Shown here piece by piece: positions 46,831 to 55,970 of a DNA stretch of 64,000 bases (its first letter is position 1; each line of letters opens with the position of its first letter). Source of the stretch: an uncultured Iamiaceae bacterium (GTDB lineage Bacteria > Actinomycetota > Acidimicrobiia > Acidimicrobiales > Iamiaceae). The DNA is taken from positions 179 to 64,178 of the forward strand of contig CAZQSU010000004.1 of assembly GCA_964595905.1 (NCBI GenBank), given 5' to 3'. The notes under the pieces were generated by a model that had not been told where the DNA came from, ran no database searches, and saw nothing but the letters and a program-made list of their open reading frames with translations. The translations under genes and the position numbers were made by a program.

Positions 46831-48020
46831 CCGGCGGACCCGGTCGGCGACCGGTCGGTGACGGCCGCCTCGACGATCGCACCGATCCCGACCAATAGCT
46901 CCTCGGAGCCGGGCGCACCGACGAGCTGGAGCGACGCCGGATAGGGCGAGCCCGTCACGATCGGCGGCCCGTCGATGGTCGGCACCGGTAGACAGAGCGC
47001 TGGAAAACCGGCGAAGCTGACCGCGACCGCGGCGACGTTCGAGGCCGGGTCGAGATCACGGATGGTGGGTGGGAAGATCGGCAGCCCGCACAGCGCCAGC
47101 GCGTCGAAGCCCTCGAAGGCCGCGGCCAGTTCGCGCTGCCAGAGTCCGCGGCGACGCCGCACCGCATCGAGATGGGCCGCGGTGAGCCGGGCGGCCCTGG
47201 CGAAGCGGGCACGCACGTCCGCGCCGAGGCGATCGGCGTGGTCGGCCACCAACGCCCGGTTCACCTCGAGCGCTTCGCCGTACATGAGATCGAGGCCGTC
47301 GCCATGCGCCTGCGCCCACCCGTCGACGGCCACGTCGGCGGTGGTCACGCCGGCGGCCGCCAGGGCGGTGTCGACCGCCCGGTCGATCCGCGGATCGGTG
47401 TCGAGACCCCGGAACCGGGCGAGGCGCAGGTCACCGACCGCCGGAGCTGCCGGGGCGAATCCGGGTTCGAGCAACGCCATCCCGACGGCCACCCGGGCGG
47501 TGTCACGGGCGAGGGGGCCGATCGTGTCCATCGACGGCGCCAGGGGGTGGGTCCCCTCCACCGGCACCCGCCCCAGCGTCGTCTTGAGCCCGACGACCCC
47601 GCAGCACGCCGCGGGGTTGCGGACCGATCCGGCGGTGTCGGTGCCATACGCGACGTCGGCCTGCCCGGTCGCGACGGCCACCGCGGAGCCCGACGACGAC
47701 CCTCCGGGCACCCGCCGCGGGTCGAGCGGGTTGCGCGGCGTGCCGTAGTGCGGGTTCACGCCGGTGGCACCGAAGCACAGCTCGTGCAGGTTGGTCTTGC
47801 CGACCAGACGCGCCCCGGCCGCTCGCGCTCCGGCGAGACACGCGGCGTCGATCGCGGCCGGCTCCGCCTCTTCGGCCACGACCGGGCACCCGGCAGAGGT
47901 GATCGTCGCCGCGACGTCGATGCAGTCCTTGACCGCCAGCGTCGGCCCCGTTCCCTCCCCCGCGTCGAGCCGGGTGATGAAGACGTGGTCGTCGCCGGGC
48001 GCTCCCCCGGTGTCGGTCAC
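46821..48020 (-). CDS. Amidase (amidase-signature family, GatA-like)
   Basis: The GTG at 48020 overlaps the upstream stop (GTGA). The AS motif is GGSSSGSAVAVATG, with KTNLHE upstream. The rest of track ORF 46821..49241 is a read-through artefact. Confidence 0.8.
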   Translation of the reverse strand: MTDTGGAPGDDHVFITRLDAGEGTGPTLAVKDCIDVAATITSAGCPVVAEEAEPAAIDAACLAGARAAGARLVGKTNLHELCFGATGVNPHYGTPRNPLDPRRVPGGSSSGSAVAVATGQADVAYGTDTAGSVRNPAACCGVVGLKTTLGRVPVEGTHPLAPSMDTIGPLARDTARVAVGMALLEPGFAPAAPAVGDLRLARFRGLDTDPRIDRAVDTALAAAGVTTADVAVDGWAQAHGDGLDLMYGEALEVNRALVADHADRLGADVRARFARAARLTAAHLDAVRRRRGLWQRELAAAFEGFDALALCGLPIFPPTIRDLDPASNVAAVAVSFAGFPALCLPVPTIDGPPIVTGSPYPASLQLVGAPGSEELLVGIGAIVEAAVTDRSPTGSAGCA

Positions 48021-48742
48021 AACTCGACGAGTTCGAACGCGACGGCGTGTTCGACGTCGAGTCGTCGCCCGTCCTGTTCGGCCCGTTCGGTCAGGAACAT
48101 GTCCGCGGGCGGCCAGGCGTCGCCGAGGCCCGCCATGTAGCGCTCGTGGGCCTCCAGCGAGGCGATGCCCTTGTCGAGCCAACCGGTGATGTCCACCGCA
48201 TGGGTGGCGTACGGCGACGCGGCCAACGCCACCCGGTGGACCCCACTCCAGGGCTCGTGACCTTCGTCGAGCAGTTCGGGGAAGATCCACCGGTTCGCCG
48301 CGTCCCGGGCGGCGTCGAGCACCGCGAGCCCGACTGCCCGGTGATCGGCCATGTTGAACCCGACCCGTCCGGGCCAGAACGCTTCCCGGTTGCCGGTGAC
48401 CACCAGGTCGGGCCGGTGGACGCGGATCACCCGGGCGAGGTCGCGGCGTAGATCCAGGCCGTACTCGACGACACCGTCGACGTGGTCGAGGAACTCCACC
48501 GACGACACCCCCACGATCTCGGCGCCGGCCCGCTCCTCGGCCTCGCGGATCGGCCCGCATTCTTCGGGTGCGAGCCCGTCGATACCCGCCTCGCCGGAGG
48601 TGACCAGCACGTAGCGGACCTCCTTGCCGGCGGCCGTCCACTTCGCGATCGCCGACGCGGCACCGAACTCGAGGTCGTCGGGGTGCGCCACGATGCACAG
48701 CACCGTGGAGAAGTCGTCGGGGAACACCTGCAGCTCGGCCAT
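48017..48742 (-). CDS. PIG-L / LmbE-family deacetylase
   Basis: 241 aa. The motif is VLCIVAHPDDLEFGAASAIAKW (AHPDD), followed by a downstream metal His (MADHRAVG). Confidence 0.8.
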   Translation of the reverse strand: MAELQVFPDDFSTVLCIVAHPDDLEFGAASAIAKWTAAGKEVRYVLVTSGEAGIDGLAPEECGPIREAEERAGAEIVGVSSVEFLDHVDGVVEYGLDLRRDLARVIRVHRPDLVVTGNREAFWPGRVGFNMADHRAVGLAVLDAARDAANRWIFPELLDEGHEPWSGVHRVALAASPYATHAVDITGWLDKGIASLEAHERYMAGLGDAWPPADMFLTERAEQDGRRLDVEHAVAFELVEL

Positions 48743-48763
48743 GGTTCGTCCTTTCCGGGCGGA

Positions 48764-49714
48764 TCAGTCGCCCCGGGTGATGCGGTCGATCTCGACCAGG
48801 TCGTCGTCGGTCGGTTCCCACTCGGCCGCCGCCACGTTGGCGGTGACCTGTTCGCCACGGGTCGCCCCCGCGATCACCGACGCCACACCGGGCCGCGAGG
48901 CGAGCCATCCCATCGCCACGTCCAGGAGGGTGATCCCCCGGGTTCGGGCGAACGCCTCGAGCGCCTCGGTGACGGCGAACACGTCGTCGGTGAGGGAGTC
49001 CTGGCGTCCCCAGGCGACCAGGCGGCTGTCGGCCGGCGGCTCCTCGCCACGGCGGTACTTGCCGGTGAGCACCCCGCTCGCGAGCGGAAAGTACGGCAGG
49101 ATCCCCATCCCGAAGTGCTCCGCGGCGGGCAGCACCTCGGCCTCGATACCACGTTCGAGCAGGTTCCAGTGGTTCTGCACGCTGATGAAGCCCTGACGAC
49201 CGGCGCTCCGCGAGGTCCAGGCGGCATCCGCGACCTGCCAACCGGCGAAGTTCGAACAGCCCAGGTAACGGACCTTGCCCTCCTCCACGAGTTCCTCCAG
49301 GGCGCCGAGCGTCTCCGCGATCGGGGTGAGTGGATCGGGACGGTGGAGCTGGTAGAGGTCGATCCAGTCGGTGCGCAGACGCCGCAGCGAACGCTCCACT
49401 GCGGCCCGCACGTAGCGCCGGGACCCCCGCGCCCCCCAGTCGGGGGTGACGTCGTCGCCGTGCGCCGCCGAGCCGAACTTGGTGGCCAGCACCACTTCGT
49501 CACGTCGCCCCACGAGTGCGTCGCCGAGCACCACCTCGGCGTCGCCGTACGAATCGGACGTGTCGATCAGCGTGATGCCCGCGTCGAGGGCGGTGTCGAG
49601 CACCCTGCGGCTCGCCTCGGGGTCGATCCGGAAGCCGAAGTTGTTGGTGCCCAGACCCACCCGGGACACCGCACACCCCGAATCGCCCAGGCGCCGGTAG
49701 ACCATGTCGTTCAT
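48764..49714 (-). CDS. Aldo/keto reductase
   Basis: 316 aa. MVYRRLGDSGCAVSRVGLGTNNFG and LIDTSDSYG match the AKR N-terminal signature. Confidence 0.85.
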   Translation of the reverse strand: MNDMVYRRLGDSGCAVSRVGLGTNNFGFRIDPEASRRVLDTALDAGITLIDTSDSYGDAEVVLGDALVGRRDEVVLATKFGSAAHGDDVTPDWGARGSRRYVRAAVERSLRRLRTDWIDLYQLHRPDPLTPIAETLGALEELVEEGKVRYLGCSNFAGWQVADAAWTSRSAGRQGFISVQNHWNLLERGIEAEVLPAAEHFGMGILPYFPLASGVLTGKYRRGEEPPADSRLVAWGRQDSLTDDVFAVTEALEAFARTRGITLLDVAMGWLASRPGVASVIAGATRGEQVTANVAAAEWEPTDDDLVEIDRITRGD

Positions 49715-49775
49715 CGGACCTCACCGTACCGGCCGGCCGATACAGTCCGCGGAGACCCCGGCCGAGGAGACACCG

Positions 49776-51866
49776 ATGGAACCGACCATGCTCGACGCAG
49801 GCGACACCCGCGTCGCGTTCTGCACCGACGACGCCGGCCGTCTACGCCAGGTCGGGTTCGGACCCGACGTCGACGCCGGACCGCTCGCCTTCCCCGCCTG
49901 GCTGTACCCCCTCGCCTACCCGACCTACGGTGAGGACCCGTTCGCGTCGCCGGCATTGCGGCTCACCAATGCGGACGGCACCCCGATCACGCGGCTGGTC
50001 TGCACCGGTCACGAACGCGGCGTCCACGCGGGCGGCGAATCGCTCGTCTTCGCCCTGACCGACGAGGTCGCTCCGCTCACCGTGCGGATCCATCTGCGCT
50101 CGTGGCCCGCGGCCGGGGTGGTCTCGCAGTGGGTCACGGTCACCAACGACCAGACCGGCCCGGTCACGCTGCACGAGGTGGCCGCCGCGACGCCGCTGCT
50201 GTCCGGCGACGACCCGTGGCTCGACCACTACACGGGCGACTGGGGTGCCGAGTTCGCGCCGGTCCACGATCGGCTCACCCCCGGCGCGAAGGTCCTCGAG
50301 GCGCGGGCCACGACACGGCCGGCCCACGAGGTGCCGCCGTACGTGCGCTACCGCCCCGATGGCGAGGTGGGCGAGTCGACCGGGCGCGTCCTCGCCGCGG
50401 CGTTGGCATGGGGCGGCAACCTGCGGATCGCGTTCGAAGGTGCCCGTCACGGCGGCGTGCGCGCCTGGTTCGGCCATCTGCCGACCGGCGCCGACTACGT
50501 CCTCGCCGCGGGAGCGACGTTCACCACGCCGACGGTGGTGTGGGCGTGGTCCGATGCGGGTACCCGTCCACTCACCCAGCGGCTGCACCGTTGGGTGCGG
50601 GCCTACGCCCTGCGCGACGGCTCGCGGGACCGTCCCGTGGTCGTCAACAACTGGGAGGCCACCGGCTTCGCTTTCGACGCGGCCCGGCTCGATCGCTTCT
50701 GCCGTGAAGCCGCGGACCTCGGCGGCGAGGTGTTTCTGCTCGACGACGGCTGGTTCGGCACCGAGTTCCCCCGCGACGACGACACCCAGGGCCTGGGCGA
50801 CTGGGATCCGGACCGGCGCAAGCTTCCCGACGGGCTCGCCGGGGTGGGCCGCTCGGCCGCCGCAGCCGGGGTGCGATTCGGCGTCTGGGTCGAACCGGAG
50901 ATGGTGAATCCCCGGTCGGTGCTCTACCGCGACCACCCCGACTGGGTGGTGGCCGTTCCCGGACGGCAACGGCGCGAAGAGCGCCAGCAGCTCCAGCTCG
51001 ACCTGTGTCGCCCAGAGGTCGCCGATCACGTCGTGGGGGTCCTCGACGCGGTGCTCGACCCGGCGAACGGCGCCGACCACGTCAAGTGGGACGCGAACCG
51101 GATGGTCACCGAACCCGGCTCGGGTGCGCTGGCCGCGGACCGGCAGAGCAACTGGCCCGTCGACGTGGTGCACGCGACCTGGGCGGCGATGGACCGCGTG
51201 GTGGCCGCGCACCCCGACGCCGAGCTGCTGCTGTGCGCGTCGGGTGGTGGCCGGATGGACCTGGGCACGCTCGCCCGTTTTCACGACGTGTGGTTGTCGG
51301 ACAACACCGACCCGGTCGACCGGGTGCGGATGCAGTGGCACGCTGCCGAGTTCCTGCCGGTCGCGGCGCTGGCCGCTCATGTCACCCGTTGGGGGCAACG
51401 ACCGATCGCGTTCGCGTGCGCCGTGGCGATGAGCGCCCGCTTCGGTTTTGACGTGAACCGCGACGCCCTCGACGCCGACGAATGGGCGATCTGCCGCCGT
51501 GCCACGTCGGTCTACAAGCGGCTCCGCCCGGTCGTCCAGCGTGGTGACCTGGTGCGTCTCGTCTCGCCCGAGCGCGGACCGAGCGCGGCTCTCGCGTTCG
51601 TCGCCGGCGACCGCTCCGAGGCGGTGGTGTTCGCCTTCCAGCTCCCCGCCCGTGCCGACGACCGTGATCCGACGCCCGATGCGCTGCGGATCGACGGACT
51701 CGACCGGGCACGCCGCTACGACGTGACCCCGGTCGATCTCACCAGCGACGATCCTCCGGCGCCCGTGCGCCACGCCGGCGCCGAACTCGCCGACGAGGGC
51801 ATCGCCTGGCACGGGTCGGCCGAATGCACCGCGGCGATCCTGCACCTCACCGCAGCCGGCGACTGA
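49776..51866 (+). CDS. Alpha-galactosidase (GH36)
   Basis: The start is taken at ATG 49776, because the track start at 49704 overlaps the divergent AKR start. The motifs are VVVNNWEATGFAFD and FLLDDGWFG...DWDPD. Confidence 0.75.
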   Translation: MEPTMLDAGDTRVAFCTDDAGRLRQVGFGPDVDAGPLAFPAWLYPLAYPTYGEDPFASPALRLTNADGTPITRLVCTGHERGVHAGGESLVFALTDEVAPLTVRIHLRSWPAAGVVSQWVTVTNDQTGPVTLHEVAAATPLLSGDDPWLDHYTGDWGAEFAPVHDRLTPGAKVLEARATTRPAHEVPPYVRYRPDGEVGESTGRVLAAALAWGGNLRIAFEGARHGGVRAWFGHLPTGADYVLAAGATFTTPTVVWAWSDAGTRPLTQRLHRWVRAYALRDGSRDRPVVVNNWEATGFAFDAARLDRFCREAADLGGEVFLLDDGWFGTEFPRDDDTQGLGDWDPDRRKLPDGLAGVGRSAAAAGVRFGVWVEPEMVNPRSVLYRDHPDWVVAVPGRQRREERQQLQLDLCRPEVADHVVGVLDAVLDPANGADHVKWDANRMVTEPGSGALAADRQSNWPVDVVHATWAAMDRVVAAHPDAELLLCASGGGRMDLGTLARFHDVWLSDNTDPVDRVRMQWHAAEFLPVAALAAHVTRWGQRPIAFACAVAMSARFGFDVNRDALDADEWAICRRATSVYKRLRPVVQRGDLVRLVSPERGPSAALAFVAGDRSEAVVFAFQLPARADDRDPTPDALRIDGLDRARRYDVTPVDLTSDDPPAPVRHAGAELADEGIAWHGSAECTAAILHLTAAGD

Positions 51867-51883
51867 ACGGTCCGCTCCACCGG

Positions 51884-52270
51884 TCAGTCGGTGGTCCAGG
51901 CCACCCGGGGCGCGTCCCGCCAGAGCCGTTCGAGGTCGTAGGTCTCACGGGTCACGTCGTCGAAGACGTGGACGACGAAGTCGCCGTAGTCCATCAGCAC
52001 CCAGCGCAGATCGTCGAGCCCTTCGATCCGCCTGGGTCGCGGACCGCCGGCTTCGGCGACGACGCGCTCCACCTCTTCGGTGATCGCCTTCACGAGGCGG
52101 GCGTTCCCGGCCGAGGTGACCACGAACGAGCCGGTGACCACCAGCAGTTCCGACACGTCGAGGACGACCGTGTCGGCGTCGGTCTTCGCCGCGGCGGCAC
52201 GCGCCGCGACCAGCGCGTAGTCCATGTCGTCGGCGCCCGACGGTGCGGCCGGGTCGTGCTCGAAGCTCAT
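51884..52270 (-). CDS. rsfS: Ribosome silencing factor RsfS (iojap family)
   Basis: Starts at ATG 52270, overlapping the upstream stop (ATGA). DTVVLDVSELLVVTGSFVVTSAGNARLVKAI...DYGDFVVHVF is typical of RsfS. 128 aa. Confidence 0.85.
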   Translation of the reverse strand: MSFEHDPAAPSGADDMDYALVAARAAAAKTDADTVVLDVSELLVVTGSFVVTSAGNARLVKAITEEVERVVAEAGGPRPRRIEGLDDLRWVLMDYGDFVVHVFDDVTRETYDLERLWRDAPRVAWTTD

Positions 52271-53832
52271 CGGTCGGAGTCGACCTCCTCGATCGTCAGG
52301 GGCCCCGGTGGGTCCGACAACAGGTCCTTGCCGACCACGATCGAGACGTCGATGCCGTTGTCGGCGGAATCGGAATGGACCACTCGACCGACGCCGAGCT
52401 GCGCGGCCATGGCCTCGGCGAACGGCCTCGCCCGGGCGTCCGCGTAGGTGAGCGTCGTCTGGGCGTGGTCGAACCGTTTGGCATTGCCCATGCTGGTGAT
52501 CTGCGCCTCCGCGAAGACGAGTCGCTGGATCACCGCCGCCGGCACCGCGCCGGGGCCGGTGCCGTTCAGGAGGGTGACCGTCGCCCGGTCGCCCGGGACC
52601 GCTGCGACCGGAAACGGCACGAGGTTCGCGATCAGCAGCATCGCCGGGTCGTGGTCGATCTTCACCGCCGACCGGCCGTCCGCGTCGGGCGCCGCCTCGA
52701 CCGGAAACGACGTCGTCTGCATCTTGCCCGCGGCGAGCCCGACGAGGTAGCGGCCGAGGCCGACGTCGGTCTCCCCCGGGATCGCCTCGGCGCCACCGTC
52801 GGCGGCGATCTTGTCGATCCACGCGGCCCAGACGAGTTGTTGCCGGGCGAGCTTGCCGCTGATGGTGTGCCCGGCGTCCTGGGCGGTCAGATAGGCGGGG
52901 ACCTCGGCCGCGGTGAGTTCGACCGGCCCGGCGTCGAGCGTGGTGCCGTCGAGCTCGGTGACCGGCTCGGGATTGTCGATCTCGAGCGGGGCCACGGCGT
53001 CGATCAGGGTGACCAGATCCGCATCGGTGACCTCGACGACGTCGGTGAATCCCATGCCCAGTTCCGACCCGATGACCTTGCCGGCGGTGGCGGGGCTGGT
53101 CAGGTCGATGATCCCCGCGAACGATTCGACGCCCATCCGGGGCTTCGAGAGTCGCACGTCGACCGGCGACGCGATGGCCGCGCCGCCCTGCTGCTTCGGT
53201 CCCGACAGCGACAACACGGTCAGCCCCTGGGCATGACCCGAGTTCGAGACCTGGATCACCAGAGCGGTCGGGGTCGGTTCCACGAGCGCCGTGTAGCCGG
53301 GCGACGACGGTTTCGACCGCCCCGACAGCACTTCGCCGGCGGTGCTGTCTGCAGCGAGCCGGTAGCCGGTCCACACGAGTGCGGGTACCGCCACGATCAT
53401 CAGCACCATCAGCAGGTACAGGGGCCAGAACCGGCGTCGACGGTCCGGGCGACGATCCGCGGGTGCCTCCGGAGTCGCCGCCGTCGCCGTTGCCGCTCCT
53501 GATCCGGTACCCGCGGTCGTCGGGCGGACGGGTTCGTGTGGTGCCGCATCGGTGGGGTCGTCGAGCGGGGGCAGCGCGCCGATCCGGTCGCGCAGTCGGT
53601 TCGCCTCGTCGTCGGTCCGGGTCGTCGCTCCACCGTCGGCCGGCGCGGCCGTCGCGGGCCCGGTCGTCGGCGTCGGTCGCTGCAGTGGTTGATCGGTCGG
53701 AGTCGGTTCGGCGCCGAGCGCGGCGGCGCCGGCACGTGCGGCGGCCTGGGCTTCGGCGACGGCCTCGGCCAGACGCGCGACCGCGCCCCGCTGGTCGCGG
53801 GTGGTGCGCGGAGGCTCGTCGGAGTCGCTCAT
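52267..53832 (-). CDS. Membrane-anchored LytR_C-domain protein with disordered Pro/Thr/Ala-rich N-terminus
   Basis: The ATG at 53832 overlaps the nadD stop (ATGA). There is one TM helix (FWPLYLLMVLMIVAVPALVW). The C-terminus TVTLLNGTGPGAVPAAVIQRL...IDVSIVVGKD resembles LytR_C. Confidence 0.65.
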   Translation of the reverse strand: MSDSDEPPRTTRDQRGAVARLAEAVAEAQAAARAGAAALGAEPTPTDQPLQRPTPTTGPATAAPADGGATTRTDDEANRLRDRIGALPPLDDPTDAAPHEPVRPTTAGTGSGAATATAATPEAPADRRPDRRRRFWPLYLLMVLMIVAVPALVWTGYRLAADSTAGEVLSGRSKPSSPGYTALVEPTPTALVIQVSNSGHAQGLTVLSLSGPKQQGGAAIASPVDVRLSKPRMGVESFAGIIDLTSPATAGKVIGSELGMGFTDVVEVTDADLVTLIDAVAPLEIDNPEPVTELDGTTLDAGPVELTAAEVPAYLTAQDAGHTISGKLARQQLVWAAWIDKIAADGGAEAIPGETDVGLGRYLVGLAAGKMQTTSFPVEAAPDADGRSAVKIDHDPAMLLIANLVPFPVAAVPGDRATVTLLNGTGPGAVPAAVIQRLVFAEAQITSMGNAKRFDHAQTTLTYADARARPFAEAMAAQLGVGRVVHSDSADNGIDVSIVVGKDLLSDPPGPLTIEEVDSDR

Positions 53833-54455
53833 GGGTCCCCGACACGATAGAGCCCGTGGTCGTCGATGATCCGGACGACTCCGGGCGGACACAACACGTC
53901 GATCCGCCGACCTGCGGCGACGCGGGCGCGCACGTCGGTGCTCGAGACCTCGAAGCGGGGAACACGCACGATGGCGATGTCGTCGCGCAACGGCGGCAGC
54001 GGGATGCCGTCCGCGCCCGCACGCTCGTACGCGACGACCGTCGCCGACGCGAACACCTCGTCGACGCGACCCCAGGTGTCGATCTGCGCGGCCGCGTCGG
54101 TCCCGAGGATCACGCAGAACTCCGCGTCGGGGCTGCCACGCCGGAGATCGGCCAGGGTGTCCGCGGTGTAGGAGTCGCCGCCGCGACGGATCTCCAGGTC
54201 GCTGGCCACGAGCCCCTCGAGCCCCTCGGTGGCGGCCTCGACCATCGCGAGTCGCAGCGACGCGTCGGTGATCGGGCGGCTGCCCACCTTCTGCCAGGGC
54301 CGGTGCGCTACCACCAACAGCACGACGTCGAGTTCGAGCACCTCACCCACTTCGCACGCGGCGACCAGGTGCCCGACGTGCGGCGGGTCGAACGTCCCGC
54401 CGAACACGCCGATCCGCGCGCCCCGGACCGGGCCGTGAGCGTCGTCGTCCGCCAA
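53829..54455 (-). CDS. nadD: Nicotinate-nucleotide adenylyltransferase
   Basis: IGVFGGTFDPPHVGHL matches the (H/T)xGH motif, and the C-terminus has SSTDVRARVAAG. The start is inferred as TTG 54455, 8 nt after the upstream TAA. The track start at 54596 lies inside the upstream gene. Confidence 0.8.
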   Translation of the reverse strand: MADDDAHGPVRGARIGVFGGTFDPPHVGHLVAACEVGEVLELDVVLLVVAHRPWQKVGSRPITDASLRLAMVEAATEGLEGLVASDLEIRRGGDSYTADTLADLRRGSPDAEFCVILGTDAAAQIDTWGRVDEVFASATVVAYERAGADGIPLPPLRDDIAIVRVPRFEVSSTDVRARVAAGRRIDVLCPPGVVRIIDDHGLYRVGDP

Positions 54456-54462
54456 CTGCCTG

Positions 54463-55923
54463 TTATTCGGTGCGGTAGATGCCGGTGGCGTTGCCGATGT
54501 CGGCGTACGCCCAGTTCTCCTGCTTGAGCCGCCAGTGCTCGTCGAGGATCGCCTTGCCGTCGGCCACGTCGACGAGCTTGGGCGGCATGAGGTCACGGAT
54601 GTTCACGGGCTTGCCGTCGACGGCGTCGAGGAAGTCCTGGGGGAAGGTCCGCAACAGGCTCGCGGTGACGATCTGGTCCTGTTCGGGGAGGAAGCACCGG
54701 TTGGCGTCGGTCAGCTTCAGGATCCGTGCGCCGATGTCGGAGATGTCGCGGTATTCGCCGTCGCCGACCATGATCTTCTTCAACAGGGCGGTGACCCCCA
54801 TCGTCCCCACCTTGCAGCCGTTGCACTGGCCACACGACTCGACCGACAGCCAGTGCGAGCAGGTGTAGCCGATCTCGACCGCGTCGGTGGTGTCGTCGTA
54901 GACGATGAATCCGCACGAGCCGATCCCCGAACCGCGGGCACGGAACGCGTCGAAGCACAACGGCGCATCGAGGAAGTCCTCGGTCATCACCGGGTTCGAG
55001 ATGCCCGAGAGGATCGCCTTGATGCGACGACCTTCGGTCACGCCGCCGCCGACCGTGTCGATGATCTCACCCAGCGGCGTGCCCATCTCGACCTCGGCGA
55101 CGCCCGGCGCGTTCACGTCACCGACGATGGTGCAGACGCCGTGACCCGGCGTCGCCTCGGTGCCCATGGAGCGGAACCACTCCGCACCGTGGTGCATGAT
55201 GTGGGCAGCGGTCGACAGCGACTCGACGTTGTTGACCAGCGTGGGGGCCGGGTCGTTCAACTCGGGGTCGTGGGTCGCCTTGGGCATCGCCGACCAGTCG
55301 ATGTTCGGTACCGAGGCGAACACGCCCTGGATGTAGGGCGGGAACAGGCGGGGCGCGGCGGGTTCTCCCTGGATCGCCTGGAGCAGCGCGGTCTCCTCGC
55401 CGAACAGGTACGAGTCGGGCCCCGGCACGATCGTGATCGGGATGCCGGCGGTCAACCCGGCGGCTTCCATCTCGGAAAGGGCCCGCGAGAGGTTCTCGTG
55501 TTCCTGCGTGTACTTTGCCTTTAGGCCGATGAATGCAGAATCGGCCCCGATGGCAAACGTCGCGATCGCAACTCCCTCGATGAGCTGGTACGGGTTCCGG
55601 CGCAACATGGCGCGGTCCTTGAACGTCCCCGGCTCGCCCTCGGAGGCGTTGCACACCACGAAGCAGGTTCCGCCGGCAGCGGTCTCGCGCAGCGATTTCC
55701 ACTTCACCCCGACCGGGAATCCCGCGCCGCCCCGGCCACGCAGGCCCGAGGCGAGGATCTGGTCGATGGTCGCTGCCGGACCGATGTCCAGCGCCTTGGC
55801 GAGGCCTTTGCCTCCGCCGATGGCGACCCAGTCGGTGACCGAAGTCACCGGAGTTTCCGGAAGCAGATAGGGCACGAACACGGTTGCACCATAGCCACTG
55901 ACCAAAACGTTGGAAACATCCAT
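54463..55923 (-). CDS. NuoF-like NADH-binding FMN/4Fe-4S flavoprotein (orphan, no nuoE/nuoG nearby)
   Basis: 486 aa. GLRGRGGAGFPVGVKW and NASEGEPGTFKDR match the complex I 51-kDa subunit signatures. The Fe-S motif is ESCGQCNGCKVG. The stop codon is TAA. Confidence 0.75.
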   Translation of the reverse strand: MDVSNVLVSGYGATVFVPYLLPETPVTSVTDWVAIGGGKGLAKALDIGPAATIDQILASGLRGRGGAGFPVGVKWKSLRETAAGGTCFVVCNASEGEPGTFKDRAMLRRNPYQLIEGVAIATFAIGADSAFIGLKAKYTQEHENLSRALSEMEAAGLTAGIPITIVPGPDSYLFGEETALLQAIQGEPAAPRLFPPYIQGVFASVPNIDWSAMPKATHDPELNDPAPTLVNNVESLSTAAHIMHHGAEWFRSMGTEATPGHGVCTIVGDVNAPGVAEVEMGTPLGEIIDTVGGGVTEGRRIKAILSGISNPVMTEDFLDAPLCFDAFRARGSGIGSCGFIVYDDTTDAVEIGYTCSHWLSVESCGQCNGCKVGTMGVTALLKKIMVGDGEYRDISDIGARILKLTDANRCFLPEQDQIVTASLLRTFPQDFLDAVDGKPVNIRDLMPPKLVDVADGKAILDEHWRLKQENWAYADIGNATGIYRTE

Positions 55924-55970
55924 CTTTCCGTGTAACGGGGAATGCCGAGGGCAGTCCCACTGTTGGAGGA

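Noticed and set aside
46821-49241. 806-aa ORF treated as one gene. The same applies to ORFs 51884..54022, 32431..34428, 59610..62276, 29651..32314 and 8663..9700.
   Set aside because: These are composite ORFs. A real C-terminal gene is extended 5' through out-of-frame or antisense parts of neighbouring genes. Internal starts with 4-nt overlaps, SD sequences and motif boundaries give the shorter models reported here.
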